The notes beneath the pieces are model-generated. The model did not search any database. It saw only the letters and a program-made list of their open reading frames with translations, and was not told the DNA's origin. From assembly GCA_039799185.1 (NCBI GenBank), contig JBDLTD010000002.1, positions 1-34,990 of the forward strand: 34,990 nucleotides of DNA. The letters run 5' to 3'. Made by a program: the position numbers and the translations under genes. Shown one piece after another: positions 11,780 to 20,965 of this stretch. Numbering within the stretch: position 1 is the stretch's first letter; each line of letters opens with the position of its first letter. Origin of the DNA: Actinomycetota bacterium (GTDB lineage: Bacteria; Actinomycetota; Actinomycetes; Nanopelagicales; Nanopelagicaceae).

Positions 11780-13203
11780 TGGAAAAGTTAACTAACTTCA
11801 TTAATGGCAACTCCGTCGATTCAACATCCGGAGAAAGCTCACCACTTATTAACCCAGCAACTGGCAATGAGTATGCACGTGCACCTAAATCTAATGCTGC
11901 AGATGTTGATTCAGCCTTTAAAGCTGCAAGTGATGCATTCCCAGGATGGCGTGATTCAACTCCATCACAGCGTCAAAAAGCCTTATTAAAAATCGCTGAT
12001 GCGATTGAATCTCGCGCAGAAGAAATCATTGCAATTGAAACAACAAATACTGGTAAGCCAATCTCTTTAACTACTTCTGAAGAAGTTCCACCGATGGTTG
12101 ATCAGATTCGTTTCTTTGCAGGTGCAGCTAGAAATCTAGAAGGAAAATCTGCTGGTGAATACATGCCAGGTATGACTTCAATGATTCGCCGCGAACCTGT
12201 GGGAGTAATTGGACAAGTAACACCATGGAACTATCCAATGATGATGGCTGTGTGGAAGTGGGCTCCAGCAATTGCTGCGGGTAATACTGTTGTTTTAAAA
12301 CCAAGTGATACAACACCAGCATCAACTGTGTGGATGGCGAAAGTCATGTCAGAGTTCTTACCAGCTGGTGTTTTCAATGTTGTTTGCGGTGAACGTGAAA
12401 CTGGCCGCATGGTTGTTGAACACAAACGCCCAGACATGGTTTCTATTACAGGTTCAGTGGGTGCTGGAATTCAAGTTGCTCAATCTGCAGCCACACAACT
12501 TAAGCGTGTTCACCTTGAGCTAGGTGGCAAAGCTCCTGTGGTTGTTTTTGCTGATGCAGATCTAGCCGCAGCAGCTGAAGGAATTGCTATTGCTGGTTAT
12601 TTCAACGCCGGCCAAGACTGCACAGCTGCAACACGAGTTATCGTTGAAGACAGTGCTTATGATGAATTTGTCGCTCTTTTAACCGAGCAGGCTAAGGGGA
12701 TTGCCATTGGTTCTCCATCAGAAGATGTTTTCTTAGGGCCAGTTAATAACGCCAACCAACTAGCTCGTGTTAGCGCTTTCTTTGATCGTCTGCCTTCTCA
12801 CGCAAAGGTAATGACCGGTGGAAAAGCTCTGGATAAGCCAGGATTCTTCTTCCCAGCAACTGTCGTTGCAGATTTGAAGCAAGATGACGAGATGATCCAG
12901 AGTGAAATCTTTGGTCCAGTCATTACTGTTCAGAGATTTAGCGATGAGGCAGATGCGATTTCAAAGGCCAATGGGGTCGAATACGGTTTGGCATCTAGCG
13001 TTTGGACCAAGGACCACGGCCGTGCAATGAGAATGGCAAAGGCCTTTGACTTCGGTTGCGTCTGGATCAACACCCATATCCCTGTGGTTGCCGAGATGCC
13101 GCACGGCGGATTCAAGCGCTCGGGCTACGGCAAGGATCTTTCGGCATATGGATTTGAAGATTACACACGAATCAAGCACGTTATGACCAACCTTGGGGCG
13201 TAG
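11779..13203 (+). CDS. Gamma-aminobutyraldehyde dehydrogenase (PatD/Prr-like ALDH)
   Basis: QVTPWNYP, LKPSDTTP, LELGGKAP, YFNAGQDCTAATR and EMPHGGFK.SGYGKDLS; adjacent to a polyamine ABC transporter. Confidence 0.9.
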   Translation: MEKLTNFINGNSVDSTSGESSPLINPATGNEYARAPKSNAADVDSAFKAASDAFPGWRDSTPSQRQKALLKIADAIESRAEEIIAIETTNTGKPISLTTSEEVPPMVDQIRFFAGAARNLEGKSAGEYMPGMTSMIRREPVGVIGQVTPWNYPMMMAVWKWAPAIAAGNTVVLKPSDTTPASTVWMAKVMSEFLPAGVFNVVCGERETGRMVVEHKRPDMVSITGSVGAGIQVAQSAATQLKRVHLELGGKAPVVVFADADLAAAAEGIAIAGYFNAGQDCTAATRVIVEDSAYDEFVALLTEQAKGIAIGSPSEDVFLGPVNNANQLARVSAFFDRLPSHAKVMTGGKALDKPGFFFPATVVADLKQDDEMIQSEIFGPVITVQRFSDEADAISKANGVEYGLASSVWTKDHGRAMRMAKAFDFGCVWINTHIPVVAEMPHGGFKRSGYGKDLSAYGFEDYTRIKHVMTNLGA

Positions 13204-13242
13204 TATTTCGCCCAAGAACCCCAATCGATAAGGAGTAATGCA

Positions 13243-14418
13243 ATGGCAAAAGAGCGATCACTTTCACCTGAAGCACGTTCGATACTTGGAACGCAAGTTT
13301 CACGTCGTGCTGTTTTAGCAGGAGCAGGTGGTATCGGTGCAGCAGGGCTTTTAGCTGCATGCGGTGGCGGTGGAGATAGTGCGTCTGCAGAAAACACTGT
13401 TCGCTGGGGTAACTGGCCTTTATATTTAGATTTTGATGAAGCTTCAAAGACATATCCAACTCTTGTTAAGTTCTCAGAACAAACTGGAATTGATGCTAAG
13501 TATTTTGAAGATTACAACGACAACGATGAGTTTTATGGAAAAGTTCAGGCTCAGCTAAAACTTGGTGAAGATATTGGTTATGACGTAGTCACACCAACTG
13601 ACTGGATGGCAGCTCGTTGGATTCGATTGGGATATGCACAAAAGTATGACACTGCAAATATTCCAAATAAGGTAAATATTCTTGATTCACTTGCTTCACC
13701 TTCATATGACCCTAAGCGTGAGTCAACTCTTACATGGCAGGGCATCATGGGCGGATTTGGATGGAATGTCCAAAAGAACCCAAAGGGAATTCGCACACTA
13801 GATGATCTCTTCGCACCACAGAACAAGGGAAAGATCGTTGTTCTTACTGAAATGCGCGACACAATCGGTGTGATTTTGCTCGGCCAAGGTGTTGATATCA
13901 CTAAGGTAACTGAAGATGAGTTTATGAATGCAGTTGATTTCATGGCTAAGAAAATCTCTGATGGTTGGATCCGCGGCGTTAAGGGTAATGAATACGCAGA
14001 AGACCTCACTTCAGGAGACGCAACCGCTGTTATCGGTTGGTCTGGCGATATGTTCATTCTTGCATCTGAAAATGAAGGAAAGTTTGACTTCGCAATTCCA
14101 GAGTCAGGCGGAACTATTTCAGGTGATAACTTGATGATTCCATCGACTGCATCTGCAGCTGGTAAGGCAAATGCTGAAAAGATGATTAATTACTACTATG
14201 ACCCAGCCGTTGCGGCAGAAGTTGCCGCTTACGTGAACTATGTGTGTCCAGTAAAGGGTGCACAAGCTGAGATGGAAAAGATTGCTCCAGAACTTGCAAC
14301 AAGTGAGTACATCTTCCCAACAGAAAAGACAGCATCACGCCTTAATGTTTTCCGCTCTCTGACACCAGATGAAGAGACAAAGTGGGCTGAAGCGTTCCAA
14401 CAAGCTCAAGGAAACTAG
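13243..14418 (+). CDS. potD: Spermidine/putrescine ABC transporter substrate-binding lipoprotein (PotD/PotF family), Tat-type signal
   Basis: SRRAVL twin-arginine motif, LLAAC lipobox, NWPLYLD and WSGD; SD AAGGAG. Confidence 0.88.
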   Translation: MAKERSLSPEARSILGTQVSRRAVLAGAGGIGAAGLLAACGGGGDSASAENTVRWGNWPLYLDFDEASKTYPTLVKFSEQTGIDAKYFEDYNDNDEFYGKVQAQLKLGEDIGYDVVTPTDWMAARWIRLGYAQKYDTANIPNKVNILDSLASPSYDPKRESTLTWQGIMGGFGWNVQKNPKGIRTLDDLFAPQNKGKIVVLTEMRDTIGVILLGQGVDITKVTEDEFMNAVDFMAKKISDGWIRGVKGNEYAEDLTSGDATAVIGWSGDMFILASENEGKFDFAIPESGGTISGDNLMIPSTASAAGKANAEKMINYYYDPAVAAEVAAYVNYVCPVKGAQAEMEKIAPELATSEYIFPTEKTASRLNVFRSLTPDEETKWAEAFQQAQGN

Positions 14419-15566
14419 TGGCCAAGGATTCAATTTCGGCAAGAGGAGATTTACGTCTAACTCGCATTACGAAGTCATACGGTGACTTCACTGCAGTTGA
14501 TGATTTAACTCTCACGATTCCAAAAGGATCTTTCTTTGCATTGCTTGGTCCTTCAGGTTGTGGCAAAACTACAACGCTTCGTATGGTTGCAGGCCTTGAA
14601 GAGCCAACAGTTGGAAGTATTCATTTGGGTGATACGGACATCACAACTACGCGTCCGTACCAACGTCCGATCAATACTGTTTTTCAAAACTATGCGCTAT
14701 TTCCGCATCTTACTATCTTCGAAAATATCGCTTTCGGCCTTCGCCGACGTGGAATCAAAGATGTGAAGGAGCAAGTCGATAAGGTTTTAAACCTTGTTGA
14801 GCTTCCACATTTGGCAGAGCGCAAGCCAACGCAGTTATCTGGTGGTCAACAACAGCGCATTGCACTTGCCCGCGCAATTGTTAACCGTCCGGCGCTGCTG
14901 CTTCTTGATGAACCGCTAGGTGCACTCGATCTCAAACTGCGTCGACAGATGCAGATCGAACTCAAGTGGATTCAACGTGAAGTGGGCTTAACTTTCGTAC
15001 ACGTAACACACGATCAAGAAGAAGCCATGACTATGGCCGACACGATTGCAGTTATGAATGAGGGCAAGATTGAACAAATGGGCTCTCCAGCAGATCTCTA
15101 TGACAATCCAGAAACCGCCTTTGTTGCCAACTTCCTTGGTCAATCCAATTTAATTAAGGGCAAAGTCGATGGCAATGATGGCGATAATTTAGTTGTTGAC
15201 CTCTTTGGCCAAAAGATTTCTATGCCTAAAAAGCGCAGCCATGCAGTTGATAACTCACTCTATGCGGGAATTCGCCCAGAGAAATTTAGAATTTCACGTC
15301 TTGGCACTGCAGTTAGAGGCAACACTTTAACTGGTGGGCACATTGAAGATGTTTCATATATTGGTGTGAGTACTCAATATGTGGTTGCAATGCCTTGGGG
15401 TCAGGAAGTAATGGTCTTTGAGCAAAATGATGATGGTGTCGCACCATTTGATAAGGGCGATGAAGTAAATATTTCTTGGGAACCAAACTTCACATTTGGT
15501 CTTCGCGGTGATGAAGATATTGAAGCTGGTACTGAAGTTAATCCTGAGGAATTAGAGGAGGAATAA
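14418..15566 (+). CDS. potA: Polyamine ABC transporter ATP-binding protein
   Basis: GPSGCGKTT, VFQNYALFPH, LSGGQQQR, LLLDEPLGALDLKLR and VTHDQEEA; TOBE-like C-terminus. Confidence 0.92.
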   Translation: MAKDSISARGDLRLTRITKSYGDFTAVDDLTLTIPKGSFFALLGPSGCGKTTTLRMVAGLEEPTVGSIHLGDTDITTTRPYQRPINTVFQNYALFPHLTIFENIAFGLRRRGIKDVKEQVDKVLNLVELPHLAERKPTQLSGGQQQRIALARAIVNRPALLLLDEPLGALDLKLRRQMQIELKWIQREVGLTFVHVTHDQEEAMTMADTIAVMNEGKIEQMGSPADLYDNPETAFVANFLGQSNLIKGKVDGNDGDNLVVDLFGQKISMPKKRSHAVDNSLYAGIRPEKFRISRLGTAVRGNTLTGGHIEDVSYIGVSTQYVVAMPWGQEVMVFEQNDDGVAPFDKGDEVNISWEPNFTFGLRGDEDIEAGTEVNPEELEEE

Positions 15567-15567
15567 C

Positions 15568-16422
15568 GTGTCCTTTCCAAAGGTACGCGTTCCTTACCTG
15601 CTACTTCTCCCAGGTTTCGCCTTTCTCTTTACTTTTTTTATCCTGCCAATTATCAACCTTGCACAAACTTCAACCCAGACACCGGTAGCTGGTGGTGACA
15701 CAGGTCAATATGAGCAAACCCTTGCATTCAGTAACTACATTCAGGCATTTGTAGATAACAAGGAACAGTTTGGTCGATCATTTGTCTATGCAACTTTGGC
15801 CACAATATTTGCTTTAGCAATTGCTTATCCTCTGGCGTATGCAATCGCCTTTAAATCAGGAAAATTCAAAAATATACTTCTTGTATTAGTTGTTGCTCCA
15901 TTCTTCACATCCTTCCTGCTACGTACTATTGCTTGGAAGCAGATACTTGGTGAAGAGGGTTTTGTTGTTCCAGGACTTCGCAGTCTGAATATCATTGGGG
16001 AGCAGACAACGCTGACTTCGACCTCAATTGCGGTAGTAGCGGGTATGACCTATAACTTCTTACCATTTATGACTCTTCCGCTATATGCATCGTTAGAGCG
16101 TATTGACCCTCGCACAATTGAGGCAGCAGGGGATCTTTACGCCAACGGAATAACAGCTTTCCGTAGGGTGACTGTTCCACTTTCTTTGCCAGGTGTGGTT
16201 GCTGGAACGCTTCTTACATTTATTCCAGCTGCTGGTGACTATGTCAACGCTGCGATTTTGGGAAGCCCAAATACAAAGATGATTGGTAATGTGATTGAGT
16301 CACGTTATTTCAAGATTGTTGATTACCCAACTGCAGCGGCTCTTTCCTTTACTTTGATGGCAGCAATCTTGATTCTTGTTACTTTGTACATTCGTAAAGC
16401 AGGAACGGAGGAGTTGGTATGA
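15568..16422 (+). CDS. potB: Polyamine ABC transporter permease
   Basis: Transmembrane segments, YNFLPFM.LPLY..LE and EAA.DL.A loop. Confidence 0.88.
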   Translation: MSFPKVRVPYLLLLPGFAFLFTFFILPIINLAQTSTQTPVAGGDTGQYEQTLAFSNYIQAFVDNKEQFGRSFVYATLATIFALAIAYPLAYAIAFKSGKFKNILLVLVVAPFFTSFLLRTIAWKQILGEEGFVVPGLRSLNIIGEQTTLTSTSIAVVAGMTYNFLPFMTLPLYASLERIDPRTIEAAGDLYANGITAFRRVTVPLSLPGVVAGTLLTFIPAAGDYVNAAILGSPNTKMIGNVIESRYFKIVDYPTAAALSFTLMAAILILVTLYIRKAGTEELV

Positions 16423-17255
16423 GTCAAAAAGTTAAGGACGCCTCCATCCCAACCATTCCAGCTAAGGCTCGCTTCTCACGTTGGTTTGGGCGCAACCTGC
16501 TTCGCATCTACATGATCTTTGGATTTACATATCTCTTTATTCCAGTTGCCTACACATTTGCCTTCTCATTTAATGACTCAGGCAAGAGCAACTTGATCTG
16601 GAAGGGTTTTACTTTAAGTAATTGGCAAAACCCTTGTGGGGCACCGGAGGTATGTAACGCGCTTGGTAACTCAATCAAGATCGGCTTACTTGCCACTATA
16701 TTTTCAACAATTCTGGGAACAATGATTGCTTTTGCTATTGGGCGATACCAGTTCAAAGGCCGTTCAAGTTCAAACCTGCTCATCTTTTTACCGATGGCAA
16801 CACCAGAAATTGTTCTCGGTGCTTCTCTTCTTTCATTGTTCTTAGTCTTTAAAATCAATCCAGGCTTCTGGCCAACTGTTATTGCACACGTAGTATTTTG
16901 TATTTCCTTTGTGGTTGTAACCGTAAAGGCCCGCATTGCATCTCTGGACCCACGCCTTGAGCAAGCTGCAATGGATCTCTACGCTAATGAACTTGAAACG
17001 TTCCGCAGAGTTACTTTGCCATTAGTAGCACCAGGAATTGCAGGGGCTGCGCTATTGGCCTTTAGCCTTTCATTTGATGATTTTATTATCACTAATTTCA
17101 ACTCAGGAACCCTGATTACCTTCCCTAAGTTTGTATATGTTTCTGCCGCACGCGGTATTCCCGCACAAGCTAACGTGATTGGTTCTGCAATGTTTTTCTT
17201 GGCATTAGCCATTGTTATTGCGGGGCAACTAGTAAAACGCAAGAAAACCCGCTAA
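16419..17255 (+). CDS. potC: Polyamine ABC transporter permease
   Basis: FSFN, LP...PEIV.G.SLL, EQAAMDLYA and FSLSFDDF motifs. Confidence 0.88.
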   Translation: MSQKVKDASIPTIPAKARFSRWFGRNLLRIYMIFGFTYLFIPVAYTFAFSFNDSGKSNLIWKGFTLSNWQNPCGAPEVCNALGNSIKIGLLATIFSTILGTMIAFAIGRYQFKGRSSSNLLIFLPMATPEIVLGASLLSLFLVFKINPGFWPTVIAHVVFCISFVVVTVKARIASLDPRLEQAAMDLYANELETFRRVTLPLVAPGIAGAALLAFSLSFDDFIITNFNSGTLITFPKFVYVSAARGIPAQANVIGSAMFFLALAIVIAGQLVKRKKTR

Positions 17256-17385
17256 CCTTCTCTTAGTCCACAACGAACTACAGGTTGTTTAAGAAAATCT
17301 GCGCTGTGGGGTTAGGTTCCGGAGGACCCGGGCCAACTACGAGTAGTGATTGAAGGGGTGATTCCGGTCAAGGCCGGATAGCGCG
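17256..17385 (+). promoter_or_regulatory. Structured 130-nt intergenic region, candidate regulatory RNA
   Basis: Stems CCACA-a-CG/CG-c-TGTGG (17268-17309), GGTTC/GGACC, ACTA/TAGT and TCCGGT/GCCGGA (17363-78), the last between an SD-like AAGGGG and the ATG. Confidence 0.4.
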
Positions 17386-18798
17386 ATGGCAACCATCGAC
17401 CCTTACGTTCTCAAGCATCTTTCACATATGCAGCCAGCTTTGTATTGGCTGGATGAAGATCCCCTTGAACCACAACCAAATCCAACGTTAATTGGTGATG
17501 TCACCACAGATCTATGTGTGGTGGGTGCTGGCTATACCGGTTTGTGGACTGCATTAATTGCAAAAGAGCAAAATCCAGAACGTGAAGTAATCATTGTTGA
17601 ACAACGTGAAACTGGCGCGGGTGCATCTGGGCGAAATGGTGGATTTTGCAGCTATTCATTGACGCACGGCTTTATGAATGGATACAGCAGATTCAAAGAT
17701 GAGATGGCTGTTATCGAACGATTGGGCCGGGAGAATTTAGATTTAATTGAAGAAACCATCAAGCGCTATGGCATTGACTGCCAATTTGAGTGGACCGGCG
17801 AACTGCGCATCGCCAATGAAGAGTGGCAGATTGAAGGCTTAGTTGATGAAGCAAATCTACGAAACTCTTTTGGAGATAATGTAGAAGTTTTGGGTCAAGA
17901 GGAAATACAGGCACGCGTTAACTCACCGTTGTCAAAAGCGGCACTATGGGATCCAGATGGAACCGCACTCGTTGATCCAGCACGTTTGGTGTGGGGATTA
18001 GAGCGAGCATGTTTAAAGCTGGGTGTGAAGATATTTGAAAATACCCATGTTGAATGGCTTGAGCGCACAAGCGATGGAATGATTGTTCACACTCCATATG
18101 GTTCTGTCTATGCCCAAAAAGTTGCACTTGCTACAAATGTTTTTAAATCTTTAGTCAAGCGCGCTCATAAATATGTTGTGCCGGTATACGACTTTCAATT
18201 AGTCACAGAGCCTTTAACCAAAGAGCAGATGAAATCTATTGGTTGGGATGGCCGTGAAGGTCTATCAGAGGCTGGAAACCAATTCCATTATTACCGTTTA
18301 ACCAAAGACAATGAGATTTTATGGGGCGGATATGATGCAATTTATAACTTCCGCGGCAAGGTGCGCCAAGAGTATGAAACTGATGCTGAAACATACGCGC
18401 ACTTGGCAGAAGCATTTTTGGAAACATTCCCACAGTTAAAGGGGATTAAGTTCACACATGGTTGGGGCGGAGCAATTGATACGTGTTCACGCTTCTCACC
18501 ATTTTGGGGTAAAGCCTATGGTGGTCGTGTGGCATATGTGTTGGGCTTTACAGGACTTGGTGTTGGCTCCACTCGATTTGGCGCACAAGTGATGTTAGAT
18601 CTTCTCGATAAGGTCGATAACGAACGCACGCGTTTAAAGATGGTTCGAAAGAAGCCGTTGCCATTTCCCCCTGAGCCTTTGAAGTTTATTTTTATCCGTT
18701 TTACTCAGTGGTCAATCAATAGGGCTGATCAAAATCAGGGCAAGCGTAATTTATGGCTGAGATTGCTTGATGCCTTGGGCTTGGGCTTTGATTCTTAA
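17386..18798 (+). CDS. FAD-dependent oxidoreductase, PuuB/OrdL (DAO) family; probable polyamine oxidase
   Basis: VVGAGYTGLWTA, GASGRNGGF, WGGAID and GFTGLGVG..RFGA motifs; polyamine context. Confidence 0.82.
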   Translation: MATIDPYVLKHLSHMQPALYWLDEDPLEPQPNPTLIGDVTTDLCVVGAGYTGLWTALIAKEQNPEREVIIVEQRETGAGASGRNGGFCSYSLTHGFMNGYSRFKDEMAVIERLGRENLDLIEETIKRYGIDCQFEWTGELRIANEEWQIEGLVDEANLRNSFGDNVEVLGQEEIQARVNSPLSKAALWDPDGTALVDPARLVWGLERACLKLGVKIFENTHVEWLERTSDGMIVHTPYGSVYAQKVALATNVFKSLVKRAHKYVVPVYDFQLVTEPLTKEQMKSIGWDGREGLSEAGNQFHYYRLTKDNEILWGGYDAIYNFRGKVRQEYETDAETYAHLAEAFLETFPQLKGIKFTHGWGGAIDTCSRFSPFWGKAYGGRVAYVLGFTGLGVGSTRFGAQVMLDLLDKVDNERTRLKMVRKKPLPFPPEPLKFIFIRFTQWSINRADQNQGKRNLWLRLLDALGLGFDS

Positions 18799-18820
18799 GC
18801 TTTACCTCTATTCTTAAGCC

Positions 18821-19819
18821 ATGGTTAATCACGGCAATATGTATGGCCCCGATTTCACATTTCTTGGAATCGAGCGCTGTGATTTAGATATTCCTTCCTC
18901 CTATGCCGATGCTGATGTAGTCATTGTTGGTGCTCCTATTGATAGCGGAACATCACATCGCTCAGGTGCAAAGTTTGGCCCACAGGCAATTCGCGGAGGC
19001 GACTATTTGCCACATGATGCTGAGCGTCCTCATTTAGCTTTGCGCATTGATGCCCTCAAGGAGATGAAAGTTGTTGATGCCGGAGATTTGTTGATGCCGG
19101 GTAGCGATTTAGTTGCATCACTAGAAGTATTGGCACAAGCAACAGAGAAGATTTCACGAGCTGGTGCGATTCCAGTAATTCTTGGTGGAGATCATTCAAT
19201 TGCATCTGCTGATGTTGCAGGAATTGCACGCCACCGCGGTATGGGCAAGATTTCAATGATTCACTTTGATGCACATGCCGATACAGGTGAAGATCAATGG
19301 GGCGCGTTAGTAGGTCATGGAACTCCTATGCGTCGTTTAATTGACACAGGAACTGTGCGCGGAGATCGTTTCTTGCAGTTAGGTTTGCGCGGATATTGGC
19401 CAGATGCAAAGACCCTGGATTGGATGCGCGATCAAGGTATGCGCTCATACGAAATGACAGAGATTCACCACCGTGGCCTCAACACCGTCCTAGATGAATC
19501 TTTTTCAATTCTGACCAATGAGTGCGATGGTGTTTTTCTATCAGTTGATATCGATGTTGTTGATCCAGGAATGGCGCCAGGAACGGGAACTCCTGAACCT
19601 GGGGGAATGACGAGCCGTGAGCTTTTAGAGTCTGTTCGCAGAATCTGTCTTGAACTACCAGTTGTGGGCATTGATGTTGTTGAAGTTGCACCCGCCTTTG
19701 ATAGCGCAGATATAACTGCAATCCTTGCTAATCGTGTTGTTTTAGAAGCGCTCAGTGCCATTGCAAAGCGACGTTCAGGAACTAAGTACTCACCAACACA
19801 AAATCTTCTGGATCGATAA
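18821..19819 (+). CDS. speB: Agmatinase-family ureohydrolase
   Basis: GGDHS, HFDAHAD, HGTP, SVDIDVVDP..APGTGTPEPGG and DVVEVAP; candidate leaderless -10 TATTCT at 18809-14. The substrate is inferred from context. Confidence 0.8.
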   Translation: MVNHGNMYGPDFTFLGIERCDLDIPSSYADADVVIVGAPIDSGTSHRSGAKFGPQAIRGGDYLPHDAERPHLALRIDALKEMKVVDAGDLLMPGSDLVASLEVLAQATEKISRAGAIPVILGGDHSIASADVAGIARHRGMGKISMIHFDAHADTGEDQWGALVGHGTPMRRLIDTGTVRGDRFLQLGLRGYWPDAKTLDWMRDQGMRSYEMTEIHHRGLNTVLDESFSILTNECDGVFLSVDIDVVDPGMAPGTGTPEPGGMTSRELLESVRRICLELPVVGIDVVEVAPAFDSADITAILANRVVLEALSAIAKRRSGTKYSPTQNLLDR

Positions 19820-20965
19820 ATGCGTGATGTAGTTATTTTGGGTTCAACAGGCTCAATTGGAGTTCAGGCCCTTGAAGTCATCGCAAGTAATCCGCAGCAA
19901 TTTAGAGTTGTGGCGATTTCATCTGCTGGGAGTAACCCAGAATTAGTAATCGCCCAGGCTAAGCAATTTAAGGTTTCACATGTTGGTGTTGTGAACAATG
20001 CTGATGTGGTGCGCAATGCTTTGCCTGGCGTGAGTGTGGTTGATGGAGCTAATGCATCAACGGAGATCGCTGCAATTAACTGCGATGTTGTGGTGAATGG
20101 AATAACAGGCTCAATTGGTCTTGGTCCAACCCTTGCAGCTCTAGATGCTGGCAATACGTTGGCACTTGCCAATAAAGAGTCACTAGTTGCAGCCGGCGAC
20201 TTGGTTATGTCCAGGGCTAGAGAGCATCAGATAATCCCTGTTGATTCTGAACATAGTGCGATCTTTCAATCTGCTTTAGCTGGTAAGAAATCTGAAATAA
20301 AAAAGATTGTTCTAACCGCTAGCGGGGGAGCTTTTAGAGATCGCGCCAATCTTGATGGAATTACTCTCGAAGATGCACTTAAGCATCCAACCTGGTCAAT
20401 GGGGGCCGTTGTTACGATTAACTCAGCAACCCTTGTGAACAAAGGCCTAGAAATTATTGAAGCGCATTACTTATTTGGTTTACCTTACTCAAGCATTGAA
20501 GCTGTGATTCATCCACAGTCAGTAGTTCACTCACTTGTGGAATTCAATGATGGGTCAACTATTGCCCAGGCCAGTCCGCCAAATATGAAGGGCGCCATTG
20601 CATATGCGATGAACTGGCCAGATCGATTGAGTAATTCAACCACCCCGATTGATTGGTCTATCCCGCATGCATGGAGCTTTGCGCCAATCGATGCCAGACA
20701 ATTTCCAAGTATTGAATTAGCTCGCCACTGCGGTGAAAAAGGTGGGGGATTGCCTGCGATTTTCAACGCTGCTAATGAGGCAGCAGTTGCTGCATTTATT
20801 GCAAAGAAGCTGGAATTTAAATCAATTATGGAAGTCATTACCTCTGTTGTGAAAGATCTGGAGAAAGATTCACCGAAAACTCTCAGAGATTTAGCCGATG
20901 TCAGTGCTCTAGAAGATGATGCGCGCACACGTGCACAAGCACATCTACTACGATTGGCCCCATAA
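19820..20965 (+). CDS. dxr: 1-deoxy-D-xylulose-5-phosphate reductoisomerase
   Basis: LGSTGSIG, LANKESLV, PVDSEHSA, HPTWSMG, NKGLE.IEA and NAANE. Confidence 0.97.
   Translation: MRDVVILGSTGSIGVQALEVIASNPQQFRVVAISSAGSNPELVIAQAKQFKVSHVGVVNNADVVRNALPGVSVVDGANASTEIAAINCDVVVNGITGSIGLGPTLAALDAGNTLALANKESLVAAGDLVMSRAREHQIIPVDSEHSAIFQSALAGKKSEIKKIVLTASGGAFRDRANLDGITLEDALKHPTWSMGAVVTINSATLVNKGLEIIEAHYLFGLPYSSIEAVIHPQSVVHSLVEFNDGSTIAQASPPNMKGAIAYAMNWPDRLSNSTTPIDWSIPHAWSFAPIDARQFPSIELARHCGEKGGGLPAIFNAANEAAVAAFIAKKLEFKSIMEVITSVVKDLEKDSPKTLRDLADVSALEDDARTRAQAHLLRLAP

Noticed and set aside
17330-17380. Guanidine riboswitch upstream of the oxidase/ureohydrolase
   Set aside because: An ACGA is present but not as the twin ACGR-loop hairpins of guanidine-II, and the class I/III consensus is not evident. 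The hydrolase has the ordinary DAHxD motif.
18791-18819. 10-nt direct repeat ATTCTTAAGC before speB
   Set aside because: Too short to call an operator or target-site duplication; the second copy is explained by the candidate -10 box.
11779-19819. Polyamine cluster as a recent horizontally acquired island
   Set aside because: Composition is similar to the flanks and there are no mobility genes; I recall similar genes between rlmN and dxr in other actinobacteria.
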